A stretch of DNA of 52,432 bases, taken from assembly GCF_003334315.1 (NCBI RefSeq), contig NZ_QOWR01000029.1; one strand, given 5' to 3'. Both the position numbers and the translations under genes were made by a program. Shown in pieces: positions 22,073-29,706 of this stretch. Every line of letters starts with the position of its first letter. Position 1 is the first letter of the stretch. This DNA is from Escherichia coli. GTDB taxonomy: Bacteria; Pseudomonadota; Gammaproteobacteria; Enterobacterales; Enterobacteriaceae. Under the pieces are notes generated by a model. It was not told the DNA's origin. It made no database searches and saw only the letters and a program-made list of their open reading frames with translations.

Positions 22073-22198
22073 AATTTCCGAAGTATTTCGCGTCAGAGCA
22101 AGGCGGCTAGCCTGTGAATCCCCGGGAGCTTACACAAGTAAGTGACCGGGGTGAGCGGGCGACGCCAACGCCGCTATGGCGTGAAAGACGAAGGAAAT
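22073..22198. repeat. ERIC/IRU element (enterobacterial repetitive intergenic consensus), full length ~126 bp
   Basis: Core gtgaatccccgggagcttacacaagtaagtgaccggggtgagcg at 22114-22157 matches the recalled ERIC1R/ERIC2 primer regions with few mismatches. The outer arms aatttccgaag / cgaaggaaatt are inverted repeats. Confidence 0.85.
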
Positions 22199-22762
22199 TT
22201 AGATTTTACCAACCAGGTCCAGAGACGGAGCCAGAGTTGCTTCACCTTCTTTCCATTTAGCCGGGCAAACTTCACCTGGGTGAGAAGCTACGTACTGTGC
22301 TGCTTTGATTTTACGCAGCAGGTCAGACGCGTCACGGCCAATGCCTTCAGCGGTAACTTCGATTGCCTGGATGATACCCTGCGGGTCAACAACGAAGGTC
22401 GCACGGTCAGCCAGACCTTCATCTTCACGCATGTTGTCGAAGTTACGGGTCAGGGCGCCAGTCGGGTCGCCGATCATCGCATATTTGATTTTAGCGATGG
22501 TTTCAGAGCTGCTGTGCCATGCTTTGTGGGTGAAGTGAGTATCGGTAGATACTGCGTATACGTCTACGCCCAGTTTCTGCAGTTCTTCGTAGTGGTCAGC
22601 AACGTCACCCAGTTCGGTCGGGCATACGAAAGTAAAGTCAGCCGGGTAGAAGAAGAAGACGCTCCAGCGGCCTTCGGTATCTTTTTCGGTGATTTCGATG
22701 AATTCGCCGTTTTTGAATGCCTGGTTTTTAAAAGGTTTAATTTTGGTGTTAATCAAGGACAT
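22199..22762 (-). CDS. ahpC: Alkyl hydroperoxide reductase subunit C (2-Cys peroxiredoxin)
   Basis: 187 aa. Peroxidatic Cys in FTFVCPTE, resolving Cys in EVCPAKW. Strong SD ggagg. Confidence 0.97.
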   Translation of the reverse strand: MSLINTKIKPFKNQAFKNGEFIEITEKDTEGRWSVFFFYPADFTFVCPTELGDVADHYEELQKLGVDVYAVSTDTHFTHKAWHSSSETIAKIKYAMIGDPTGALTRNFDNMREDEGLADRATFVVDPQGIIQAIEVTAEGIGRDASDLLRKIKAAQYVASHPGEVCPAKWKEGEATLAPSLDLVGKI

Positions 22763-22807
22763 CTATACTTCCTCCGTGTTTTCGATGAGATGTAAGGTAA
22801 CCAATTT

Positions 22808-22850
22808 TTGCCGATTCGGCTAATGCGTTTCCATTATCAAATCGATAAGT
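22808..22850 (-). promoter_or_regulatory. Probable OxyR-binding region of the ahpC promoter
   Basis: The minus strand reads cttatcgatttgataatggaaacgcattagccgaatcggcaa. This resembles the OxyR footprint I recall for ahpC (four ATyG-like elements at ~10-bp spacing). Recollection only. Confidence 0.35.
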
Positions 22851-23133
22851 TTTACCTTACAACCTTCGTAAGACAACTTTGTGAACTTTGCACCGCCAGC
22901 GGCGATAAAAAGTAAAATGGCCCCCTTTCCAGGTGACCGTGTAATCTGAACTACCCTTTGGTATCTTCAGTGCCTGCCTGCAGGCTGAGGTGTTGCCCTT
23001 ACAAATGCAACAACGACATGGATTACAACACCCTCATAAACAAAGGGCAATCACCTGATCTAAGCTCTTACCTATGACAGTGATAGGTTATGCCTTTTAC
23101 TCGACTTTTGCACTGACTGAAAAGGACAAATTA

Positions 23134-23880
23134 ATGTTAAAAAAGATACTTTTACTGGCTCTGCTTCCTGCAATCGCCTTCGCAGAGGAACTTCCTGCTC
23201 CAGTAAAAGCGATTGAAAAACAGGGCATTACAATCATCAAAACATTCGATGCCCCCGGAGGAATGAAAGGTTATCTCGGAAAGTATCAGGATATGGGCGT
23301 CACCATCTACCTGACTCCAGATGGTAAGCACGCTATCTCTGGTTACATGTACAACGAGAAAGGTGAAAACCTGAGTAACACACTTATCGAAAAAGAAATT
23401 TACGCACCAGCCGGACGCGAAATGTGGCAACGGATGGAACAATCCCACTGGCTCCTCGACGGTAAAAAAGATGCGCCGGTCATTGTCTACGTCTTCGCCG
23501 ATCCGTTCTGCCCATATTGTAAACAGTTCTGGCAGCAGGCGCGCCCGTGGGTAGATTCTGGCAAAGTGCAATTAAGAACATTGTTGGTTGGGGTTATCAA
23601 GCCAGAAAGCCCGGCGACAGCAGCGGCAATTCTTGCCTCCAAAGATCCCGCAAAAACCTGGCAACAATATGAAGCCTCTGGTGGCAAGCTTAAGCTAAAC
23701 GTGCCTGCAAACGTAAGTACAGAGCAAATGAAAGTGTTAAGTGACAATGAGAAACTGATGGACGATCTGGGGGCAAATGTCACGCCGGCTATCTATTACA
23801 TGAGTAAGGAAAATACGCTACAACAGGCCGTGGGGTTGCCCGATCAGAAAACGCTTAATATCATTATGGGGAATAAATAA
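23134..23880 (+). CDS. dsbG: Periplasmic thiol:disulfide oxidoreductase DsbG
   Basis: 248 aa from [17 protein letters not shown] signal peptide. CPYC active site. The upstream 20-codon extension was rejected. Confidence 0.94.
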   Translation: MLKKILLLALLPAIAFAEELPAPVKAIEKQGITIIKTFDAPGGMKGYLGKYQDMGVTIYLTPDGKHAISGYMYNEKGENLSNTLIEKEIYAPAGREMWQRMEQSHWLLDGKKDAPVIVYVFADPFCPYCKQFWQQARPWVDSGKVQLRTLLVGVIKPESPATAAAILASKDPAKTWQQYEASGGKLKLNVPANVSTEQMKVLSDNEKLMDDLGANVTPAIYYMSKENTLQQAVGLPDQKTLNIIMGNK

Positions 23881-24088
23881 AAGGTAATTCATGGATGGTT
23901 GAACTATATCCCTGCTTTTCAACCATCCTAAAAAAGCATGAATTGCTCGCTCTGCCCTAAGTGGCTGTGCTATTTTAGAAAAACTTAATCCTGAGTTAAG
24001 CAAAAAAACATAATCAATAAAAATATATACGCAAAAAACATTGATTAAGTGAATATATCATGGAAGAAAAATATAACCGGAGTAGTGT

Positions 24089-24991
24089 ATGGCCAATCTC
24101 TACGACTTGAAAAAGTTCGACTTAAATCTTCTTGTCATATTTGAGTGTATTTACCAGCATTTAAGCATTAGCAAAGCTGCTGAATCACTATATATCACCC
24201 CATCAGCCGTGAGCCAGTCGTTACAACGCTTACGTGCGCAATTTAATGACCCTTTATTCATTCGCTCAGGAAAAGGTATCGCGCCGACGACAACAGGGTT
24301 AAATCTGCATCACCATCTTGAGAAAAATCTCAGAGGCCTTGAACAAACAATTAATATAGTCAATAAGTCCGAACTAAAGAAAAACTTTATTATCTACGGC
24401 CCTCAGCTCATTTCTTGCTCTAATAATAGTATGCTGATCCGCTGCCTACGGCAAGATTCCTCTGTCGAGATTGAGTGCCATGATATCCTCATGTCAGCAG
24501 AGAATGCTGAAGAACTGTTGGTTCACCGCAAAGCCGATCTGGTGATCACCCAAATGCCAGTGATCAGCCGTTCCGTCATTTGCATGCCATTGCATACGAT
24601 TCGCAATACTCTAATTTGTAGTAATAGGCATCCACGAATTACTGACAATAGCACTTATGAACAAATTATGGCAGAAGAGTTCACCCAATTAATATCTAAA
24701 TCAGCAGGGGTTGATGATATTCAAATGGAAATAGACGAGAGATTTATGAATCGCAAAATCTCATTTCGTGGTTCCTCTTTGCTGACAATCATTAATAGCA
24801 TTGCAGTTACAGATTTACTGGGAATAGTCCCCTATGAACTTTATAATTCCTACCGTGACTTTCTTAATTTAAAAGAGATAAAACTAGAACATCCGTTACC
24901 TTCAATAAAGCTTTATATTTCCTATAATAAATCTTCTTTAAATAATTTGGTGTTCTCCCGATTTATTGACCGTCTAAATGAGAGTTTTTGA
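24089..24991 (+). CDS. ybdO: LysR-family transcriptional regulator YbdO
   Basis: 300 aa. N-terminal HTH (ISKAAESLYITPSAVSQSLQRLR). The gene and its flanks are visibly AT-rich. Confidence 0.92.
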   Translation: MANLYDLKKFDLNLLVIFECIYQHLSISKAAESLYITPSAVSQSLQRLRAQFNDPLFIRSGKGIAPTTTGLNLHHHLEKNLRGLEQTINIVNKSELKKNFIIYGPQLISCSNNSMLIRCLRQDSSVEIECHDILMSAENAEELLVHRKADLVITQMPVISRSVICMPLHTIRNTLICSNRHPRITDNSTYEQIMAEEFTQLISKSAGVDDIQMEIDERFMNRKISFRGSSLLTIINSIAVTDLLGIVPYELYNSYRDFLNLKEIKLEHPLPSIKLYISYNKSSLNNLVFSRFIDRLNESF

Positions 24992-25137
24992 TATATAACT
25001 ACAGACAGTTACTATAACTTTCATCTATTTATTCACAGCGCGAATGAAAAATAAAACACTCTGCTTTACAGTGTTTACTTTATAATTAACAGACTTATCT
25101 CACTGATCACCCTGTAACGTTCAGAGAGCGTCTTCAG

Positions 25138-26358
25138 ATGTCTATTTATAAAATTCCTCTTCCGCTCAATATTCTGGAAGCTGCACGAGAGCGTATTACC
25201 TGGACACTCAACACCCTACCCCGCGTTTGTGTCTCATTTTCTGGCGGCAAAGACTCTGGTTTAATGCTGCATCTGACAGCCGAACTTGCCCGACAAATGG
25301 GCAAAAAAATCTGCGTTTTGTTTATCGACTGGGAGGCGCAATTCTCTTGCACCATTAACTATGTTCAGTCCCTGCGCGAGTTGTACACCGATGTCATCGA
25401 AGAGTTTTACTGGGTTGCGCTCCCGCTTACGACGCAAAATTCCCTTTCACAATACCAACCCGAATGGCAGTGCTGGGAACCTGATGTCGAATGGGTACGT
25501 CAACCTCCCCAAGATGCGATAACCGACCCTGACTTTTTCTCCTTTTACCAGCCAGGCATGACCTTCGAACAATTTGTACGTGAGTTTGCCGAATGGTTTT
25601 CACAAAAACGTCCGGCGGCGATGATGATCGGCATCCGTGCGGATGAGTCCTACAACCGTTTTGTCGCCATCGCCAGTTTAAATAAACAACGTTTTGCCGA
25701 CGATAAACCCTGGACTACGGCCGCACCAGGCGGTCATAGCTGGTACATTTACCCCATTTACGACTGGAAAGTGGCTGATATCTGGACCTGGTATGCAAAT
25801 CATCAAAGTCTCTGCAACCCACTGTATAACCTAATGTATCAGGCAGGCGTTCCTCTGCGTCATATGCGAATTTGCGAACCTTTTGGCCCGGAGCAACGAC
25901 AAGGATTATGGCTCTATCACGTTATCGAACCGGATCGCTGGGCTGCTATGTGCGCACGAGTCAGCGGGGTAAAAAGTGGCGGCATTTACGCCGGACATGA
26001 CAATCATTTCTATGGGCATCGGAAAATCCTCAAGCCAGAACATTTAGACTGGCAAGAATATGCATTATTGCTGCTCAATAGCATGCCGGAAAAAACAGCT
26101 GAGCATTACCGCAATAAAATCGCCATTTATTTGCACTGGTATCAGAAAAAAGGCATCGAGGTTCCACAAACCCAGCAAGGGGACATTGGCGCGAAAGATA
26201 TCCCCTCCTGGCGGCGGATATGCAAAGTTTTACTCAATAACGATTACTGGTGTCGGGCATTATCATTTAGCCCCACAAAATCGAAGAACTATCAGCGTTA
26301 TAACGAACGGATAAAAGGAAAACGTCAGGAATGGGGAATACTATGCAACAACGATTAA
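25138..26358 (+). CDS. ybdN: PP-loop ATPase of the PAPS-reductase/DndC-like family, function unknown
   Basis: 406 aa. PP-loop VSFSGGKDSG near the N-terminus. Matches recalled YbdN. Confidence 0.92.
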   Translation: MSIYKIPLPLNILEAARERITWTLNTLPRVCVSFSGGKDSGLMLHLTAELARQMGKKICVLFIDWEAQFSCTINYVQSLRELYTDVIEEFYWVALPLTTQNSLSQYQPEWQCWEPDVEWVRQPPQDAITDPDFFSFYQPGMTFEQFVREFAEWFSQKRPAAMMIGIRADESYNRFVAIASLNKQRFADDKPWTTAAPGGHSWYIYPIYDWKVADIWTWYANHQSLCNPLYNLMYQAGVPLRHMRICEPFGPEQRQGLWLYHVIEPDRWAAMCARVSGVKSGGIYAGHDNHFYGHRKILKPEHLDWQEYALLLLNSMPEKTAEHYRNKIAIYLHWYQKKGIEVPQTQQGDIGAKDIPSWRRICKVLLNNDYWCRALSFSPTKSKNYQRYNERIKGKRQEWGILCNND

Positions 26359-26960
26359 CGCAGGATTTAACGCAATTTCTCGCCAGCTTGCCGGAAGATG
26401 ATCGCATCAAAGCGATTAATGAAATCCGCATGGCGATCCATCAGGTTAGCCCCTTTCGTGAAGAGCCAGTGGATTGCGTTCTGTGGGTTAAAAACAGCCA
26501 ACTTATGCCTAATGATTACAACCCAAACAACGTGGCACCACCCGAAAAAAAACTGCTGCAAAAATCCATTGAAATAGATGGTTTTACCCAACCCATTGTG
26601 GTCACACATACGGATAAAAATGCCATGGAAATCGTGGATGGTTTTCACCGCCATGAAATTGGTAAAGGCTCATCATCATTAAAATTACGCTTAAAAGGTT
26701 ATTTGCCGGTGACCTGTCTGGAAGGTACGCGTAATCAACGCATCGCCGCGACTATTCGTCATAATCGCGCTCGTGGACGCCATCAAATCACCGCCATGTC
26801 GGAAATCGTCCGTGAACTTAGCCAGTTGGGATGGGATGATAATAAAATTGGCAAAGAGCTGGGAATGGACAGCGACGAAGTGCTGCGCCTGAAGCAAATT
26901 AACGGCCTGCAAGAGTTGTTTGCCGACCGTCAATATTCCCGCGCCTGGACGGTTAAATAG
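26331..26960 (+). CDS. ybdM: ParB/sulfiredoxin-fold (ParB-like nuclease domain) protein with C-terminal HTH, function unknown
   Basis: 209 aa. IVDGFHRHE (DGxHR motif), RHNRARGRH, HTH-like DNKIGKELGMDSDEVLRLKQ. Overlaps ybdN by 28 nt. An alternative start is at 26343. Confidence 0.9.
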   Translation: MGNTMQQRLTQDLTQFLASLPEDDRIKAINEIRMAIHQVSPFREEPVDCVLWVKNSQLMPNDYNPNNVAPPEKKLLQKSIEIDGFTQPIVVTHTDKNAMEIVDGFHRHEIGKGSSSLKLRLKGYLPVTCLEGTRNQRIAATIRHNRARGRHQITAMSEIVRELSQLGWDDNKIGKELGMDSDEVLRLKQINGLQELFADRQYSRAWTVK

Positions 26961-28121
26961 CTAAAGCTGGCGCAGGCGTTCAGCTGCTGCCAGCAACGTC
27001 GATTCCTTCTTGGCAAAACAGAGACGAATCAGTTTATGTGGGAAGGGATCGGCGCAAAACACCGACAGCGGAATCGCCGCTACGCCGTGCTCCTGCGTCA
27101 GCCACTGGCAAAACTCAACATCATCCAGGGTAGATACGGCGCTGTAATCCACCAGCAAAAAGTATGTACCTTCACACGGTAAAATCTCCAGCCGGCTTTC
27201 ATTTAAAGCATTCACCAGAATATCGCGCTTCTGGCGATAAAAGTCCGGTAACGCAAGATAATGCTCAGGTTCTGCACGTAGCATATCAGCAAGCGCCAGC
27301 TGTGCCGGGGTATTCACCGAAAAGGTCAGATACTGATGTACCTTGCGAATTTCGGCGCTGATGGGCGCTGGCGCAACACAATAACCCACTTTCCAGCCGG
27401 TCATATGATAGGTCTTGCCAAATGAAGAAACCGCCACTGCCCGCTCACGCAGCTGCGGATGCGCCAGCACACTGGCATGGCCCTGTTGTGAAAAGTTGAT
27501 GTGCTCGTAGACTTCATCGCTAATGACAAAAATCTCGTGCCCGGCGATCGCCTGCCACAAAGCGGCGAAATCAGCCTGCTGCCAGACAGTTGCACTGGGA
27601 TTATGCGGAGTGTTGAGGATCACCAGTCTGGTGCGCTCGCTTAATAATGCGGCAAATTCCTGCCAGTCAACGCGAAAATGCGGTGGTTGCAGTGCCATAC
27701 GCTTCACTATTCCCCCAGAAAGCGCGATGGCGGGGGAGTAACTGTCATAGCTGGGATCAAAACAAATCACTTCATCGCCATTGCGCACCAGTGCGGTAAT
27801 CGCCGCGTATAACGCTTCCGTCGCCCCTGCCGTTACGGTGATATCGCTATCGGCATCTGGTTGATAGCCATACAAACGTTCCGTTTTCTGAGCAATCGCC
27901 TCGCGCAAGGCCTGCACGCCGGTCATGGGCGCGTATTGGTTTGCCCCCTGGGCAACGTGGTACGCCAGCCGCTCCTGTAAATAGCGCGGACCATCAAAAT
28001 CAGGAAAGCCTTGCGACAGGTTAATCGCCTGGTGTTGCTGCGCCAGCGCGCTCATCTGGGTGAAAATAGTGGTGCCAAGTTGTGGAAGTTTGCTTTGTGG
28101 AATCAGAGGGTTATTTGTCAT
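26961..28121 (-). CDS. ybdL: PLP-dependent methionine aminotransferase
   Basis: 386 aa class-I aminotransferase. PLP lysine in SSFGKTYHMTGWKVGY. Its stop abuts the ybdM stop with 0 nt spacing. Confidence 0.94.
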   Translation of the reverse strand: MTNNPLIPQSKLPQLGTTIFTQMSALAQQHQAINLSQGFPDFDGPRYLQERLAYHVAQGANQYAPMTGVQALREAIAQKTERLYGYQPDADSDITVTAGATEALYAAITALVRNGDEVICFDPSYDSYSPAIALSGGIVKRMALQPPHFRVDWQEFAALLSERTRLVILNTPHNPSATVWQQADFAALWQAIAGHEIFVISDEVYEHINFSQQGHASVLAHPQLRERAVAVSSFGKTYHMTGWKVGYCVAPAPISAEIRKVHQYLTFSVNTPAQLALADMLRAEPEHYLALPDFYRQKRDILVNALNESRLEILPCEGTYFLLVDYSAVSTLDDVEFCQWLTQEHGVAAIPLSVFCADPFPHKLIRLCFAKKESTLLAAAERLRQL

Positions 28122-28187
28122 TTTTATTGTACCTGACGAAGTTGCGTGTTGAAGGCACTATAACACGATGCTAGTATTTGGCAATCA

Positions 28188-28203
28188 AGACGTTTAGATG
28201 TCT
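28188..28203. promoter_or_regulatory. Two tandem MetJ metboxes (AGACGTTT AGATGTCT)
   Basis: Each 8-mer matches the AGACGTCT consensus at 7/8. The pair lies 3 nt upstream of a minus-strand TTGCCA-N16-TATAGT promoter for ybdL. It also lies just downstream of a plus-strand TTGAAG-N17-TAGTAT promoter for ybdH. Confidence 0.55.
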
Positions 28204-28229
28204 AAATAAAACAATAAGGACAACACAAC

Positions 28230-29318
28230 ATGCCTCACAATCCTATCCGCGTGGTCGTCGGCCCGGCTAACTACTTTTCACATCCAGGAAGTTTCAATCA
28301 CCTGCACGATTTTTTCACTGATGAACAACTTTCTCGCGCGGTGTGGATCTACGGCAAACGCGCCATTGCTGCGGCGCAAACCAAACTTCCGCCAGCGTTT
28401 GGACTTCCAGGGGCAAAGCATATTTTGTTTCGTGGTCATTGCAGCGAAAGCGATGTACAGCAACTGGCGGCTGAGTCCGGTGACGATCGCAGCGTGGTGA
28501 TTGGCGTCGGCGGCGGCGCACTGCTCGACACCGCGAAAGCCCTCGCCCGCCGTCTCGGTCTGCCATTTGTTGCCGCTCCGACGATCGCCGCCACCTGCGC
28601 AGCCTGGACACCGCTCTCCGTCTGGTATAACGATGCCGGACAGGCGCTGCATTATGAGATTTTCGACGACGCCAATTTTATGGTGCTGGTGGAACCGGAG
28701 ATTATCCTCAATGCACCGCAACAATATCTGCTGGCGGGGATCGGTGACACGCTGGCGAAATGGTATGAAGCGGTGGTGCTGGCTCCGCAACCAGAAACGT
28801 TGCCGCTAACCGTGCGGCTGGGGATCAATAATGCGCAGGCCATTCGCGACGTCTTGTTAAACAGTAGCGAACAGGCACTTGCCGATCAGCAAAATCAGCA
28901 GTTAACGCAATCATTTTGCGATGTGGTGGATGCTATTATTGCTGGTGGTGGGATGGTCGGTGGTCTGGGCGATCGTTTTACGCGTGTGGCGGCGGCTCAT
29001 GCCGTGCATAACGGTCTGACTGTCCTGCCGCAAACCGAGAAGTTTCTTCACGGCACCAAAGTCGCTTACGGAATTCTGGTGCAAAGCGCCTTGCTGGGTC
29101 AGGATGATGTGCTGGCGCAATTAACCGGGGCGTATCAGCGTTTTCATCTGCCGACTACGCTGGCGGAGCTGGAAGTGGATATCAATAATCAGGCGGAGAT
29201 CGACAAAGTGATTGCCCACACCTTGCGCCCGGTGGAGTCCATTCATTACCTGCCAGTCACGCTGACACCAGATACGTTGCGTGCAGCGTTCGAAAAAGTG
29301 GAATCGTTTAAAGCCTGA
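28230..29318 (+). CDS. ybdH: Iron-type/glycerol-dehydrogenase-like hydroxycarboxylate dehydrogenase
   Basis: 362 aa. GVGGGALLDTAK nucleotide-binding motif. Matches recalled YbdH (HcxA). Confidence 0.93.
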   Translation: MPHNPIRVVVGPANYFSHPGSFNHLHDFFTDEQLSRAVWIYGKRAIAAAQTKLPPAFGLPGAKHILFRGHCSESDVQQLAAESGDDRSVVIGVGGGALLDTAKALARRLGLPFVAAPTIAATCAAWTPLSVWYNDAGQALHYEIFDDANFMVLVEPEIILNAPQQYLLAGIGDTLAKWYEAVVLAPQPETLPLTVRLGINNAQAIRDVLLNSSEQALADQQNQQLTQSFCDVVDAIIAGGGMVGGLGDRFTRVAAAHAVHNGLTVLPQTEKFLHGTKVAYGILVQSALLGQDDVLAQLTGAYQRFHLPTTLAELEVDINNQAEIDKVIAHTLRPVESIHYLPVTLTPDTLRAAFEKVESFKA

Positions 29319-29327
29319 CGTGCAAAT

Positions 29328-29525
29328 TTAGCAGCAGCGCGCGCCGCCTTTTCCACCGTAGCGCGCGTCCTGCCGCTCACGGAAAAACTCCTCGTAGGTC
29401 ATCGGCGTTTGATCGGGATGGTTAACCCGCATATGTTCGACATAGTTGTCGTAATCAGGCATACCAATCATCAGCTTCGCCGCCTGACCTAAATATTTTC
29501 CGGCTTTTGCCAGTGAATCAAACAT
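29328..29525 (-). CDS. ybdD: Small DUF466/YbdD-YjiX family protein partnered with CstA
   Basis: 65 aa ending ...GGKGGARCC. Located downstream of cstA on the same strand. Confidence 0.9.
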   Translation of the reverse strand: MFDSLAKAGKYLGQAAKLMIGMPDYDNYVEHMRVNHPDQTPMTYEEFFRERQDARYGGKGGARCC

Positions 29526-29558
29526 CTTGGCCTCCGCTAACCATGTTGCTGAAAGAGT

Positions 29559-29593
29559 GCCGGATGCGGCGTGAACGCTTTATCCGGCCTACA
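29559..29593. repeat. REP (palindromic unit)
   Basis: gccggatgcggcgtgaacgctttatccggcctac is the classic E. coli REP sequence. Confidence 0.9.
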
Positions 29594-29616
29594 AATGCTA
29601 TCAACGCACTCGGTCA

Positions 29617-29656
29617 GTCCCCTCGCCCCATCGGGGAGAGGGTTAGGGTGAGGGGG
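29617..29656. repeat. GC-rich palindromic intergenic repeat (Box C-like), copy 1
   Basis: gtcccctcgccccatcggggagagggttagggtgaggggg is about 36/40 identical to the reverse complement of 37091-37130. Confidence 0.7.
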
Positions 29657-29706
29657 AACCCTCGGCACTATGCCAACATTCGCCAACATCCCCCCTCACT
29701 CTGACT

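Noticed and set aside
23881-24088. The hairpin ggatggttgaa...ttcaaccatcc (23893-23928) after dsbG as a terminator, and the AT-rich spacer as a possible sRNA locus.
   Set aside because: The stem is followed by an A-run rather than a U-run on the dsbG strand, and there is no promoter-plus-terminator pair defining an RNA gene. It may still be a weak or Rho-assisted stop, but it cannot be supported from sequence alone.
29507-29704. A 65-aa ORF spanning the cstA-ybdD spacer, and similar ORFs at 36886-37192 and 51497-51682.
   Set aside because: These are translations of REP, BIME and Box C-like repeats, with no start context and repeat-derived sequence.
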